A stretch of 32,438 nt of DNA from Macrostomum lignano (GCA_002269645.1 NIVC01004885.1:1-32438); one strand, 5' to 3'; shown: positions 1 through 10,464, counted from the first letter of the stretch. Notes: generated by a model from the sequence alone, not told the origin. Numbers and translations: made by a program.

Positions 1-113
1 AAGTCTTTAAATGCGTATACTCAATAATTAAAAGTATCTGGCAACAATAGAAATCCTGTTTGTTTTTTCAACTGCATTTCTTTCAAAGTTTCTTTAGCAT
101 TCAATGCATAAAT

Positions 114-118
114 GAAAC
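114..118 (+). repeat. Target-site duplication, left copy (GAAAC)
   Basis: Identical 5-mer flanks both element ends (114-118 and 4362-4366). Confidence 0.93.
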
Positions 119-334
119 TGTTAGCACTGTGATGAACTTTTATTTATTAGAGAATGCACTTTGCTTAGTAGCCGTCAACGGCTGAGAATCCTATTGATGT
201 CTATGGACATTTGTACAGTTCAATTCGGTGGCTTAAAGAGTTGCCAAAATATAATTGAAAAGACCAAGCGTCTGCAGAGTTAAGCTAAAGGCTGAGACTC
301 GATCAATTTTCTTACTCGTCCCAAAAAACGAACA
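119..334 (+). repeat. 5' LTR (216 bp)
   Basis: TGTTAGCACTG...CGAACA. Matches 4145-4361 except 3 substitutions and one extra A in the A-run. TATA-like TATAAT at 250-255. Confidence 0.97.
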
Positions 335-3300
335 CTGGCGACGACGGCTGGTCTTATCGAGCCTCTGGAGACAGAAGCCCCAGCGGAAATTGAGCGCTGG
401 TTCCAACGCTTCGAAGCAGTTTCCAAGCTTAACAAGTGGGATGACACCGCTCAGAAGTTCGCCCTCATCGCACACCTCGGCAAGAAGGCCTTCGCACTGT
501 TGGCGGATGCGCTATTGCCAGATAAGCCTGACGCCAAGACCTACGCTGATCTGAAAACTCAGCTGATCAAGGAGACGAAAGCGGCGAAATCCGAGATTGC
601 ATACCGGTACGCGTTCCATCACCTCAAGCAGGACGACGGCGAAGACGTTTCTGCCTACGCAAGAAGGCTGCGACTGGGTTCGGAGAACTGCGGCTTTTCA
701 ACCGCCGAACTGAATGACCGCCTGCGGGACCAATTTATCTTCGGATTGTCGAACAAGGAGATCGTCAGAAAGTTGCTCACGGAGAAACTGAAAGATCTGA
801 CGTGGGAAAAAGTAACTACGGTGGCCAATGCATGCGAGGCCGTAAGTCGCGGCGAGAGACAAATCTCAGGAGGCGAAATTCTACATGTCAAGTCAGATCC
901 TCCTTCGACATCGAAAGCCCACAAGCCAGCGTACCAGAAAAGCGACCAGAAGAACGGCCAATTGTGCCAAGTCAAGTGCTTCTGCTGCGGCAAGGAAGGA
1001 CATACAAAGGACCAGTGCCACCACCGGACTAAGACATGCCTTCAGTGTGGTAAGGTTGGTCATCTCAAAGCAGTTTGCAGGTGCGGACCGAACAAAGGTG
1101 GACAACGGCCTTCAACGAGCAACAAATGGTCACAAGGAGGCGGACGGCATCCAAGGAGCAGAGTCAGAGCAATCGACGATGCAGCTGATCAAGTCGGGCA
1201 CATTTTCTCGATGATGACGCCGGAAGATGGTCGTGGAAGCAGAAGGATAACGCGACATGTAGTAGTCAATGGTACGAAAATCAAGATGCTACTGGACACC
1301 GGGTCGTGCTCAACGTTCGTGTCAAGCTCGGTGTTTCAAAGCCTACTCGAACCAGCAAATGTAAGGCCCACAAGCAGACGATTCGCTGCGTATCAAGGGG
1401 ATCCAGTGCTAGTGAAAGGCGAAGCTATTGTGAACGCCAAGCTAAACTCAGTAAGTTCCGACCTAACTCTGTTTGTGGTGGACAACCCAAAAGCCGAATC
1501 TATCTATGGCCTAGATTGGATTGCTGCCCTTGAGCCAGACCTCTACACTTTTATTACAAAATGTACGGTGCCTGAGGAAGACGGCTCGAATCCTACAACG
1601 GCGTGCTCTGTAAAAAGATTTTCTGTATCATTGGCCATTGAGGCGGGAGCAAAGCCCATCTTTTTTAAACCTCGGCAAATTCCATACGGGATTCAGGACG
1701 ATGTCAAGGCCGAGTTGAAGAGAATGGAAGAGGCTGGACAGCTCCAGAAGGTGGAATCCAGCGAGTGGGCTACACCCATTGTCTGTGTTCGAAAGCAGTC
1801 TGGAAAGGTTCGGATTTGTGGTGACTACAAGGTTACCCTCAACCCACTGCTGAAAGACATGGTGTCAACAACGCCCACAATTGACGAAGTTCTGTCAAAA
1901 CTAGGCCGTGCCCGCCGATTCTCTACGTTGGATCTATCAAATGCGTACCTCCAAGTACCGGTGGATGAAGACAGCAGCGTGATGCTGACGTGGAGCACTC
2001 CGTTCGGCTTATACAGGCCCACTGCATTGGCATATGGAGTAAAGCAAGCACCAGCAATTTTTCAGTCATTCATGGACAGGTTGCTTCTAAACATAGAAGG
2101 TGTCATTTCCTACCAAGATGACATTCTTGTGTGGGGTTTCAACCAACAGAGTCATGACAACAGACTGTCCAATGTGCTACGAATTTTAAAGGAGAGTGGA
2201 CTGAGCATTAACGAGGAGAAATGCACTTTTAACAAGCCATCTATCATGTTCCTGGGATATGAGATCAGTGAAAACGGCATTCGTCCACCACCAAAGAAAG
2301 CCAAGGAGATTGCAGGATTAGAAGAGCCAAAGAATCTCAAGCAGCTGCAGTCATTTATCGGGATGGTCGATTTCTACGGACGGTGTATCAAGAATCTCGC
2401 GAGCCTGAAAGAACCTCTAACGAAACTGACCAGGTCAGGAACGAAGTGGGCATGGGGCCCAATCGAGCAGAGAGCCTTTCAGAGCATCAAGGACGAACTA
2501 CACAATGCAGTCGCTCTCAAGCCTTTTGATCCATCAGATAAGATCGTTCTCACTACTGACGCGTCACCATCGGGACTTGGTGCAGTCCTCGAGCAGTCGT
2601 CTGGGCCCGTAATATTCATTTCAAAGACTCTAACTCAAGCAGAGCGCAACTATGCTCAAACTGAACGCGAGGCCCTCGCCATTGTATGGGCTGTGAAGCG
2701 CTTACACAAGTATTTGCTGGGACACAAGTTCGTCATTCGCACAGACCACCAACCGTTAAAGTTCATCTTTGATCCTGGCAGATCCTTGTCAACTGTTGCT
2801 GCAGCGAGAGTGCAACGCTGGGCAATCACTTTGATGAGCTACGAATACGCCATTGAGTGCAAGAGATCTGCTGAGATTCCCGTGGCCGATGCCCTGTCAA
2901 GACTGCAGAACAGCACGTCTGAAGGAGAGCAGTTTGACATTAGCTCAGTGCAGGACTGCCTACTAGATTTTCCAATCAACAAGGAGCGTTTGAGAAGACA
3001 ATCGAAAGAGGATTCAGAGCTCCGGAAGTTATTCGCTCAAGTCAAGTTTGGCTGGAATGCAGAAGGACTTCGAGAACTACAACAGTTTAGCCGATTCAGG
3101 GACGAGTTAGTCATTGAGAATGGATTGCTGTACAGAGGTATTCGGCTGGTTGTACCAAAGCAGGAGCGTTCTGCAACTTTGCGATTGCTGCACGAAGGAC
3201 ACATCGGACCAGAAAAGATGAAATCCATAGCTAGAAAATGCGTCTGGTGGCCTGAAGTAGATCGAGACATCGAAAAGTATGCGAAAGGATGTAGTTCGTG

Positions 3301-4123
3301 CCAGGAAAACAAGGATCATGGGGCCACCCGACAATGGACTTCGTGGCCGGATGAGACCGAATGCTGGTCAAGAGTTCACATGGACTACGCAGGGCCTATG
3401 AAGGGAGGAAACTACATGTTGGTACTGATTGATGCGTTCAGTAAATGGGCTGAAGTTCACGTGACTAAGGGAACCACTTCATCTGAGACAATCAAGCGAC
3501 TGCGAAGAACGTTCGCCCAAGAAGGCGTGCCCGTGACTATTGTTTCCGACAATGGACCTCAATTTGTATCGAAAGAAATGCAAGGTTGGTTAAAAGGAAT
3601 CAACTGCCGACATGTTCTCACACCACCGTATCATCCAAGGTCAAATGGACTGGCCGAGCGCTTTGTGAGAGATTTAAAAAATCACGTCCGAGCCGCTGAA
3701 GAAGACGACCTTCAGAGTTGCGTCGACCGGTTTCTGCTTCAATACCGGAACGCGAAACATTCTACGACCGGAAAATCGCCCTCTGAGCTGATGAGAGGTC
3801 ACCTACTTCGCACCCCTGCATTTTCTCTGGCACGTGAGCCAGTCTGGGTGAAAACCTACAACAACGAGATGACAAAGTGGAAATCTGGCGAAGTGGTGGC
3901 AACAGAGGGAAAGGTTGTGGTCGACGTTGAGCTGGAGGACGGAAGGCGTGGACGCTACCATCGTGAACAGACAAAGCCAAGGAGTTCCGGTTCCGATGAC
4001 CTGGTGGAGACGCAGACTGAAGAACATGTGCACACGGATCAAGAGTCTGGTCTTCGGAGAAGTAATCGCCATCGGCAAGTACCAAGGCGACTTGAGTACC
4101 GCAAGCTTGGTGTACCTACCTAG
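335..4123 (+). CDS. gag-pol: Gag-Pol polyprotein (~1262 aa if initiated at CTG 335; start uncertain)
   Basis: Frame is open from 296 to TAG 4121-4123. Gag-like sequence (ERWFQRFE...LIAHLG...LLPDKP) lies upstream of the track's TTG at 500. CX2CX4HX4C x2 at ~977-1080; protease LLDTGS (DTG 1295-1303); RT YQDD (2111-2122); RNase H TDAS...EREAL...TDH; integrase HHCC zinc finger plus HMDYAG / SDNGPQF / NGLAERF (DDE). Confidence 0.93.
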   Translation: MATTAGLIEPLETEAPAEIERWFQRFEAVSKLNKWDDTAQKFALIAHLGKKAFALLADALLPDKPDAKTYADLKTQLIKETKAAKSEIAYRYAFHHLKQDDGEDVSAYARRLRLGSENCGFSTAELNDRLRDQFIFGLSNKEIVRKLLTEKLKDLTWEKVTTVANACEAVSRGERQISGGEILHVKSDPPSTSKAHKPAYQKSDQKNGQLCQVKCFCCGKEGHTKDQCHHRTKTCLQCGKVGHLKAVCRCGPNKGGQRPSTSNKWSQGGGRHPRSRVRAIDDAADQVGHIFSMMTPEDGRGSRRITRHVVVNGTKIKMLLDTGSCSTFVSSSVFQSLLEPANVRPTSRRFAAYQGDPVLVKGEAIVNAKLNSVSSDLTLFVVDNPKAESIYGLDWIAALEPDLYTFITKCTVPEEDGSNPTTACSVKRFSVSLAIEAGAKPIFFKPRQIPYGIQDDVKAELKRMEEAGQLQKVESSEWATPIVCVRKQSGKVRICGDYKVTLNPLLKDMVSTTPTIDEVLSKLGRARRFSTLDLSNAYLQVPVDEDSSVMLTWSTPFGLYRPTALAYGVKQAPAIFQSFMDRLLLNIEGVISYQDDILVWGFNQQSHDNRLSNVLRILKESGLSINEEKCTFNKPSIMFLGYEISENGIRPPPKKAKEIAGLEEPKNLKQLQSFIGMVDFYGRCIKNLASLKEPLTKLTRSGTKWAWGPIEQRAFQSIKDELHNAVALKPFDPSDKIVLTTDASPSGLGAVLEQSSGPVIFISKTLTQAERNYAQTEREALAIVWAVKRLHKYLLGHKFVIRTDHQPLKFIFDPGRSLSTVAAARVQRWAITLMSYEYAIECKRSAEIPVADALSRLQNSTSEGEQFDISSVQDCLLDFPINKERLRRQSKEDSELRKLFAQVKFGWNAEGLRELQQFSRFRDELVIENGLLYRGIRLVVPKQERSATLRLLHEGHIGPEKMKSIARKCVWWPEVDRDIEKYAKGCSSCQENKDHGATRQWTSWPDETECWSRVHMDYAGPMKGGNYMLVLIDAFSKWAEVHVTKGTTSSETIKRLRRTFAQEGVPVTIVSDNGPQFVSKEMQGWLKGINCRHVLTPPYHPRSNGLAERFVRDLKNHVRAAEEDDLQSCVDRFLLQYRNAKHSTTGKSPSELMRGHLLRTPAFSLAREPVWVKTYNNEMTKWKSGEVVATEGKVVVDVELEDGRRGRYHREQTKPRSSGSDDLVETQTEEHVHTDQESGLRRSNRHRQVPRRLEYRKLGVPT
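336..344 (+). other. Primer-binding site (TGGCGACGA), probably for a tRNA-Ser
   Basis: Starts 1 nt after the 5' LTR and begins TGG (complement of tRNA CCA). TGGCGACGA is complementary to the 3' end of metazoan tRNA-Ser(GCU); the tRNA identity is from recall and not verified for this host. Confidence 0.8.
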
Positions 4124-4135
4124 CTGTTAACTAAT

Positions 4136-4144
4136 GGGAAGGAG
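4136..4144 (+). other. Polypurine tract (GGGAAGGAG)
   Basis: Purine run abutting the TG of the 3' LTR. Confidence 0.85.
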
Positions 4145-4361
4145 TGTTAGCACTGTGATGAACTTTTATTTATTAGAGAATGTACTTTGCTTAGTAGCCG
4201 TCAACGGCTGAGAATTCTATTGATGTCTATGGACATTTGTACAGTTCAATTCGGTGGCTTAAAGAGTTGCCAAAATATAATTGAAAAGACCAAGCGTCTG
4301 CAGAGTTAAGCTAAAGGCTGAGACTCGATCAATTTTCTTACTAGTCCCAAAAAAACGAACA
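4145..4361 (+). repeat. 3' LTR (217 bp)
   Basis: Direct repeat of 119-334, preceded by the polypurine tract and followed by the TSD. Confidence 0.97.
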
Positions 4362-4366
4362 GAAAC
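4362..4366 (+). repeat. Target-site duplication, right copy (GAAAC)
   Basis: Identical to 114-118. Confidence 0.93.
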
Positions 4367-4800
4367 TTTAGCTATGAAACGTTCCTTTCCGGTGCCTTAT
4401 TCGTGAATTCCCTTCACCGGTGTAGGGTTCCATGAGTGTGTATATACTTCAATTGAACTTTCATGGCCAAATGTACTTAGATATTTGTAAATACTTATTA
4501 GGAAGCCACGTGTCCTGCAGGGTAATAGCTTTGCGGAAAATAAATTCCATGCAGACACAATAGCAATTCAGGACACCAGACAGCCAGTTGTTAAACAAAA
4601 AACACGGGCCATTCCGAACCAAGAAGTACATCTCGCATTCCAGTTTTCTGGATTTTCAATATATGCAATTCACTCGCTATACTTGCGCGCTTGGAAGCCA
4701 CAGCAACGTCCACAAGAACGCCGACGGTGCCATAAAAAAACTTGTATTTCCATACAGTCATGATAGTTTCCTGCGTGCAGCAGCATCGTGGGAACTCGCG

Positions 4801-5098
4801 CTATCTCTCTCTCTCTCTCTCTGCCCCGTTTCATGAACAGCGTTCGGAACCTCCCCCGAGGGAGACGATGCTGACGAAAGGCTGTGCAAAAAAAGCCAGA
4901 GAGAATGAGAGAGAAGAGAGAAATATGACTATTAGACGGTTGCCCGGCTTCCGTAGAATTACAGCAACGGCTGCAGCTCCGGCGCACAACGCGCAAGCAG
5001 ACGCGAAAGCAGCCAAACACAGCGGGAAGCCAGCTCGGTTGGAAATTGTTCGGGGATTGATGCGGCATGCGGGAGGCTGGGAGAGAGAGAGAGAGGGG
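4801..5098. repeat. (CT)n and (GA)n microsatellites flanking a GC/purine-rich intronic segment
   Basis: CT run ~4804-4822, GA run ~5081-5095. Confidence 0.7.
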
Positions 5099-5443
5099 AA
5101 CTAGTGGAGATAGGCTACAGCTGGGGCGGCCAGGGTAACGCAGCCAAGCGTTATTGATTTTTTTGACGCGTGCACTTCGGTTCCGAGTGGTTTTCCGGTG
5201 CCAGTTCAGCGCGTATCCTGCACAGTGCATTATGATATTATAATATTATTATAATATTATTTTAGCAACGTAGTGCAGTCAGCACAGTGCTACTAGAACT
5301 ATACTTCTGCGGTAGATCATTTTGTGTGACTCTGCTTCGGTTTTATATGCAAGAATCTCATTATTTAGATTTGCATTCCACGCTTAGGGATATGATACAT
5401 TGCCCGCTTAAAATAATCCTGAATTTATTATCTTCATCCTCAG

Positions 5444-5573
5444 GGAGGTATCTGTGGTTCTGGAAAGCCAGGAGGCCACCCAGCTTGAGTTGCACTTCTC
5501 CTACGTGGTGTCGAGGGCTCGATGGAGTCCGAAGTACGACATCCGTGTGTTCAGCAACGAGTCCGCTATGAAG
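5444..5573 (+). CDS. DUF4139 (F37C4.5/MuiA-like) protein, first visible internal exon
   Basis: Acceptor tcttcatcctcag, donor AAG|gtaagg. Encodes EVSVVLESQEATQLELHFSYVVSRARWSPKYDIRVFSNESAMK, matching the family 'SY.V..A.W.P.YD.R' motif. It starts mid-codon, so earlier exons lie upstream of the window. Confidence 0.85.
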
Positions 5574-5812
5574 GTAAGGCATAGAGACTGACGCTTTGTG
5601 AGACAAGTCTATATTCTATATTAGCAGGAATGTTCTAGGCATTCTAGAGCAATGCGTTCGACGACATCCGCTAACTCGTGCACACATGCAAGCGCGTCAA
5701 TACTGTACGATGGCACACACTCATACACACTCACACAGGGTGTACAGCGATCCTGTCTTTCCCATCGTCGCCCCAGGTACTTCCGCATACTCTGCCCTTT
5801 AATCCCTTGTAG

Positions 5813-5955
5813 ATAATCTACTACGGCATGGTGCAGCAGAACACCGGAGAAGACTGGGAGAACGCGCAGATCTCGCTGAGCACCAGCATGCCTGGTGTGG
5901 GCGGTACCGTACCGCCGCTCACGGTTCAAAAGGCTCACTTCAAGTCTAACAAGCC
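5813..5955 (+). CDS. DUF4139 protein exon
   Basis: cccttgtag|...CC|gtaaga. Encodes IIYYGMVQQNTGEDWENAQISLSTSMPGVGGTVPPL, with the family hallmark Q.TGEDW...LSLST..P. Confidence 0.9.
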
Positions 5956-7322
5956 GTAAGATTAAAATAAATCTAAGTAATCCAGCTTATAAATCTGAAT
6001 TATGATTTAAGGGACAGTCTTGAACAGCAGCGTAGTTTTACATGGTTCCTTATTGAGGTTATTAACATGAGCTCAACAGTACAACCATTTCAGCAGAACA
6101 CTTCCTAATGATAGTTGAAGGCTCTTCAGTGTTAGAATACCTTTATTTTGTGTTCCTGTCTATTTTTAAGTGCTACCAATATCCTTGTCTCATCTAAATT
6201 TGCGTTAAACTTATTTGTGTACACACGTATTCTGTTATCTAATTGTGCGAAGAGCATTTGGCTCCTGATTCGAAACTGGCCTTGAAGTCACAGTATTCGA
6301 CAATTATCTTGTACAGGGGTCAAAACTGGGGTTGTCGAGAATTGAGCTATGTTTCAAGTAGTGCGTAGTCGTTATAATGTAGTTAATATATGTAAAATTG
6401 CAATCAGTGTTTTGCTAGCTAATGTTGTCTACAAGCAATGCTAATTGTAGTGGATAACGCACAGTCGCACCAACTATTTCTAGCAATTCTATATAATTTA
6501 GTTCCAGTTTAATCTGATCTGCGCCACGCGTACGTTAGTTATAGCCTTTGTTTTAACAAAATTAATGCGGTCGTATACGTACGCTCGTAGTAGTCAAGCC
6601 ACTTGAGGAAAACCGAGTGAATCCCGGTCCTGCGGTTTTAGATGCTCCAATACACCCTACACTGACATGAAGTTGTCCGCTCTCTGACGCCCCCTGATGT
6701 TTACACAAGTCTCCGCCTCAATATCCGCCCCAATTCACATGATCTTAACTTGACATCAAACTCTGTATAATCGATGGCAATGCCAAGTATATAGCTAGTA
6801 TCTAAATTTAGGCAACCTTCATCGCCATACACAAATTTTCTAAACAGAATGCGTACATTAGGCGAATACCATTTGAAACTGACAAAATTATTAATGGATG
6901 GCTTGAAGCCAATTCACAAATTCAAGTGCAACAAATGCAAAACATTGCTGTCCTATAACCTACATTTACCGAAATCACTAGGCGATATCACCTCAGAATG
7001 GTTTGAATAAAAACAATAAACTATAAACTATAAATCAAGTCATGAGCTAAAAAGCTAGCTAGAGAGCAATGAAACTCGACCAAGTCGTCTGACACGTTGC
7101 ACAAAAACTTTCCTCGGGCAAGCAAACATTCTATTAATTCATTTCTGTCTTCTCGTGAATCCCGGATCATTAGACTGCAACCTGTGCAAATTTGTATCAC
7201 AATTTTGTGTCTGTCAAGTCAATGTTCCGAAATGTTATTATCATATAGCATGGCCTGTACGTACTTAGATCTCGTAGCTACAGAATTAGGTTAACGAACC
7301 ACGAAATTCCCTCACCATCCAG

Positions 7323-7500
7323 CGTCAGCTTTGTCAGCAGCGTTGTCGGCGGCGGCGGCGGCGTCAGTGGCAGCTCTCCGGTTCGCCGGGCCCAGAGCAT
7401 GCGCACTGGTGGCAGCTCCACCCTGCGCAAGTCCAAGCACATGCCGGTGGACGAGATCCTGGCAGCTGAAGCGGCCGACGACGCCTCGATGGCATCGGAG
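7323..7500 (+). CDS. DUF4139 protein, low-complexity linker exon A
   Basis: ccctcaccatccag| phase-2 entry matches the previous exon. GC-rich open frame VSFVSSVVGGGGG...ADDASMASE; donor GAG|gtagcg. Confidence 0.7.
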
Positions 7501-7970
7501 GTAGCGGGGATTTCCGGTGTTTTGGGATTATTTAAATAAAATTTTAGATTGAAGTTGAATTGAAAGACGTGATATAAAAATGTTGTTATTTATAAACTCG
7601 CAGGTAAGTGCAGCGTGATTTGAAATTTAACCTCTAACGCCTTACTTTACGTTTTCCTACTCTATAAATATTTTTAGTCACCGCTTTCCGCTTTCAATGT
7701 TTACGACAAAAAAGCAAACGCACTCAACTATTAATAGTTTTGTTATTTTTTCTACTTTGTTTTCCAGTTTTTTGTTTGAATGCTTGGTACGTAAAGATGC
7801 TTATTTTGTAAGAAATCGCTTTTGCTGGATCTGTGCAACATAGTCGATTGAACTGCGCTGCTGTTCAGTGTTAACAATGGGAGCAGGAACAGTCAAGATT
7901 TTACAAGAATGAAAGCCAGCCAGGCACTATTCTGCAATTTCACCTCGTACTCAAAAACACCCGCGTTCAG

Positions 7971-8244
7971 CGACTGCACGACCTCAGTGACTCTTCGTCG
8001 CAACGCCACCAAGGTAAAGAAAACGCGAAGCGTCGTCAAAGCGCTGAGTTTCCACGCCGCCAACGATCGCGGCTCGATGGCTCGTCTGGGCGACGATTCA
8101 CCGGGCCTGGACCCCGACGATGAGTCCTCGCTGATGCTCCGCTCTCCGACAACGGAGGTGCAGGGCTCGGCCTTGTCTAGCGCTGCAGCTGGCGCGGGTC
8201 CATTCTTAGATCTGGCGGCCAGCACCAGTGGCGGAGTAAAAGAG
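7971..8244 (+). CDS. DUF4139 protein, probable linker exon B (boundaries uncertain)
   Basis: GC-rich open frame within ORF 7909-8376 (DCTTSVTLRRNATKVKK...DDESSLMLRSPTTE...). Candidate acceptors end at 7868 and 7970; candidate donors after 8157 or 8244. Confidence 0.5.
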
Positions 8245-10464
8245 GTTTCCACTGCGCAGTACTTAGCGATCTATAGTTTAACCAGCTATTCGTTTATCTC
8301 AAATTTAGTTAATTTTTTAATTTGTGTTTTTGTCTCCTCGTCAGAAGCGCTCAAAGTGTTTAATACTGCCGCATAGTTCCGTCCAGTCATCGTTGTGTTG
8401 CACACCTCAAATGTTTTAATATAGCTCGTGTCCTTAAACAGCTCAATCAATCTATTAAAAATTAGAATCCCTCTCATGAGACGGCATAAATTTGGAGCAC
8501 TGACCCATAGTTTTAGCGCCTTAAGCTAGTACCAAGGCCTAGTCAAGTAGAAGGATGAAAAAACGCTTCTTGGAAAGTTTTAAGAGGCCGGTTTTACCGA
8601 AACAATACAAGGCTGAGATAGTAGGTTTTTATTTTTCCAGCACAAAAATTGTTATTGCTTTTGATAGGAGGCAGACCCAGTGGTTATCTTTTGATATAAC
8701 TTAGCTATCTTACTTATTTATAGCTCTGGTGATATTCATACAGAATTTCGTTTAGAAAATTGAGAGTTTATTTAAACTTTATATCTTACGTACAGGTCCT
8801 ATGCCAAAAATCATAAGAATTCCCCAACTTGACTGATCATTGGTTTCATGAATCTTTGCTTCCATTCTGTTGCACATTTTGTTACACAGTCATTAAGCTA
8901 AGAATGATAAATAGATTCATGAATCCATTTTGGCACAGAAGATGTACAATTGTACATAAAATAAAATATTAACATCGAATCCTACTTTTATAGACGAAAA
9001 GCTTTACGAATATCCCCAGAACTATAAGAAAGGCAAGACATCATTGGTTCTGCCCCTGATCAAAAGCCACGTAGATTTTGTTCTAAAACCTCCTATCTCC
9101 GAAATGTATTTTTCGGCAAATCCTGCCTCCTAAAATTTCCCAAGAAACGTACTTTCCCGTTCTTCGAATTGACTAATCCTTGGCTAGTACTCGTACTAAT
9201 TTACAGCATTCTATTTTTTGGCCTAAGCGTTTGCGATTATCTGTCGTCATAGCCAACTAGTTTTGATGCCACATGTGCCATTCCGGATTTATATTTTTGT
9301 GGGAGATTTTTTCATCTGGGCTGTGGCTGACTCTTCTACCGAAGTGGAACGATATTGAACTCTCACTTTGAAAGCGTCGTATTAACACTTCTCTAGACTA
9401 TAGGCGGGTTGTTGACAGCTTTTTAGCTTACAGCTATCGTATGAGCATAAACCCTCGTAGTCTATAAGCGAAAAAATACAGCCCTGACAGTGAGTGGCCT
9501 GGTAAAAAAAGTACTTCACTCTGGTAGCTAGCGCTGACTCATCGCTGGCTGAGAGAAGAATTGAATAGCGAAGGGTATTATACGGCGGAGGAAGGAGAGG
9601 GGTTTGGCTATTCAGCATTTGAGAGTGACTGAATGGGCTGACTGAACAGCAAAAAAGCCCCAAAGCCAAACCATGCACCCTCGTGCCTGCACAGCGACTG
9701 CAAGCCTCTGAATGTCTTCACCACAATACACACCCTACAACTAGTGCACCGCTTTGACTGACTCTTGGGCGCTACAGAGCACAAAGTCTAATCCTTCACA
9801 TATGATCTTTTTTAATAATAAGTTATTAATGCACAACCTCTCATGAACAGATAATTGAATACAAATCGTTTTTTTGTTATTCATCGCTTCCCAATCCCAA
9901 GGCTTAGCTTTGCCGCCAGCGTATATTTTGGATACACTCAACTGTCGGGCCGAAACTTTAATTTTGTCCACGCGCAAAGTCTAAACTATTCATTGTACCT
10001 ACTCCTGCCCATCAAAGTTAGATTGAGATCAAAGCAGACATAACTGAATTAATCGACTGTTTGAAAAATTAGTTTATCCCGTAAAACATTCCGCGACGTT
10101 GATAGACGTGGCTGGGAAATTGGTACTTTTGCATTAGGCCGCAGGATGACGATGTTATACGTCGATCGAGCGTCGGTGTAATTTAAAGGTACCTATTTGC
10201 CAGTGACATACATCAACGTCGGATTGCTGTACGGGTATAATAGATAATCAACGACTGTGATTCAATAGAATATATCTGGGATATCGGGATATTAGAAGTT
10301 TCTTTAAAGTTATCCGTACCGGATGGAATCTAGATCTGTCTTTGTAATTACTTTTCGTCCGAGTTCGTATTAAACGGTGATCCCAAATTTTTTGCGTTGT
10401 CTTTTTGGAGCCTAGTTTTTTTTAAATAAGCGTTAATCGCACTATTACTAAAACAACTTTACAG

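Larger units (their letters stand above)
119..4361 (+). mobile_element. Full-length Ty3/Gypsy LTR retrotransposon, Mag-like clade
   Basis: Paired LTRs with TG...CA ends, 5-bp TSD GAAAC, PBS and PPT. One ORF with Gag(2x CCHC)-PR-RT-RNaseH-IN order (Gypsy order). Tandem CCHC knuckles, short LTRs and no chromodomain or env fit the Mag group; the clade call is inference. Confidence 0.96.

Noticed and set aside
500-502. TTG start of Gag-Pol given by the ORF track
   Set aside because: Gag-like sequence continues ~55 codons upstream in the same frame.
233-4130. Small overlapping or antisense ORFs inside the retroelement (e.g. 255-554, 655-993, 3037-3312, 3762-4085)
   Set aside because: Shadow frames of GC-balanced gag-pol with no recognisable motifs.
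4588-5230. ORFs over the CT/GA-rich segment, and the CT...GA arrangement as a TIR element
   Set aside because: Low-complexity translations. Complementarity is limited to the microsatellites and I found no convincing TIR or TSD.
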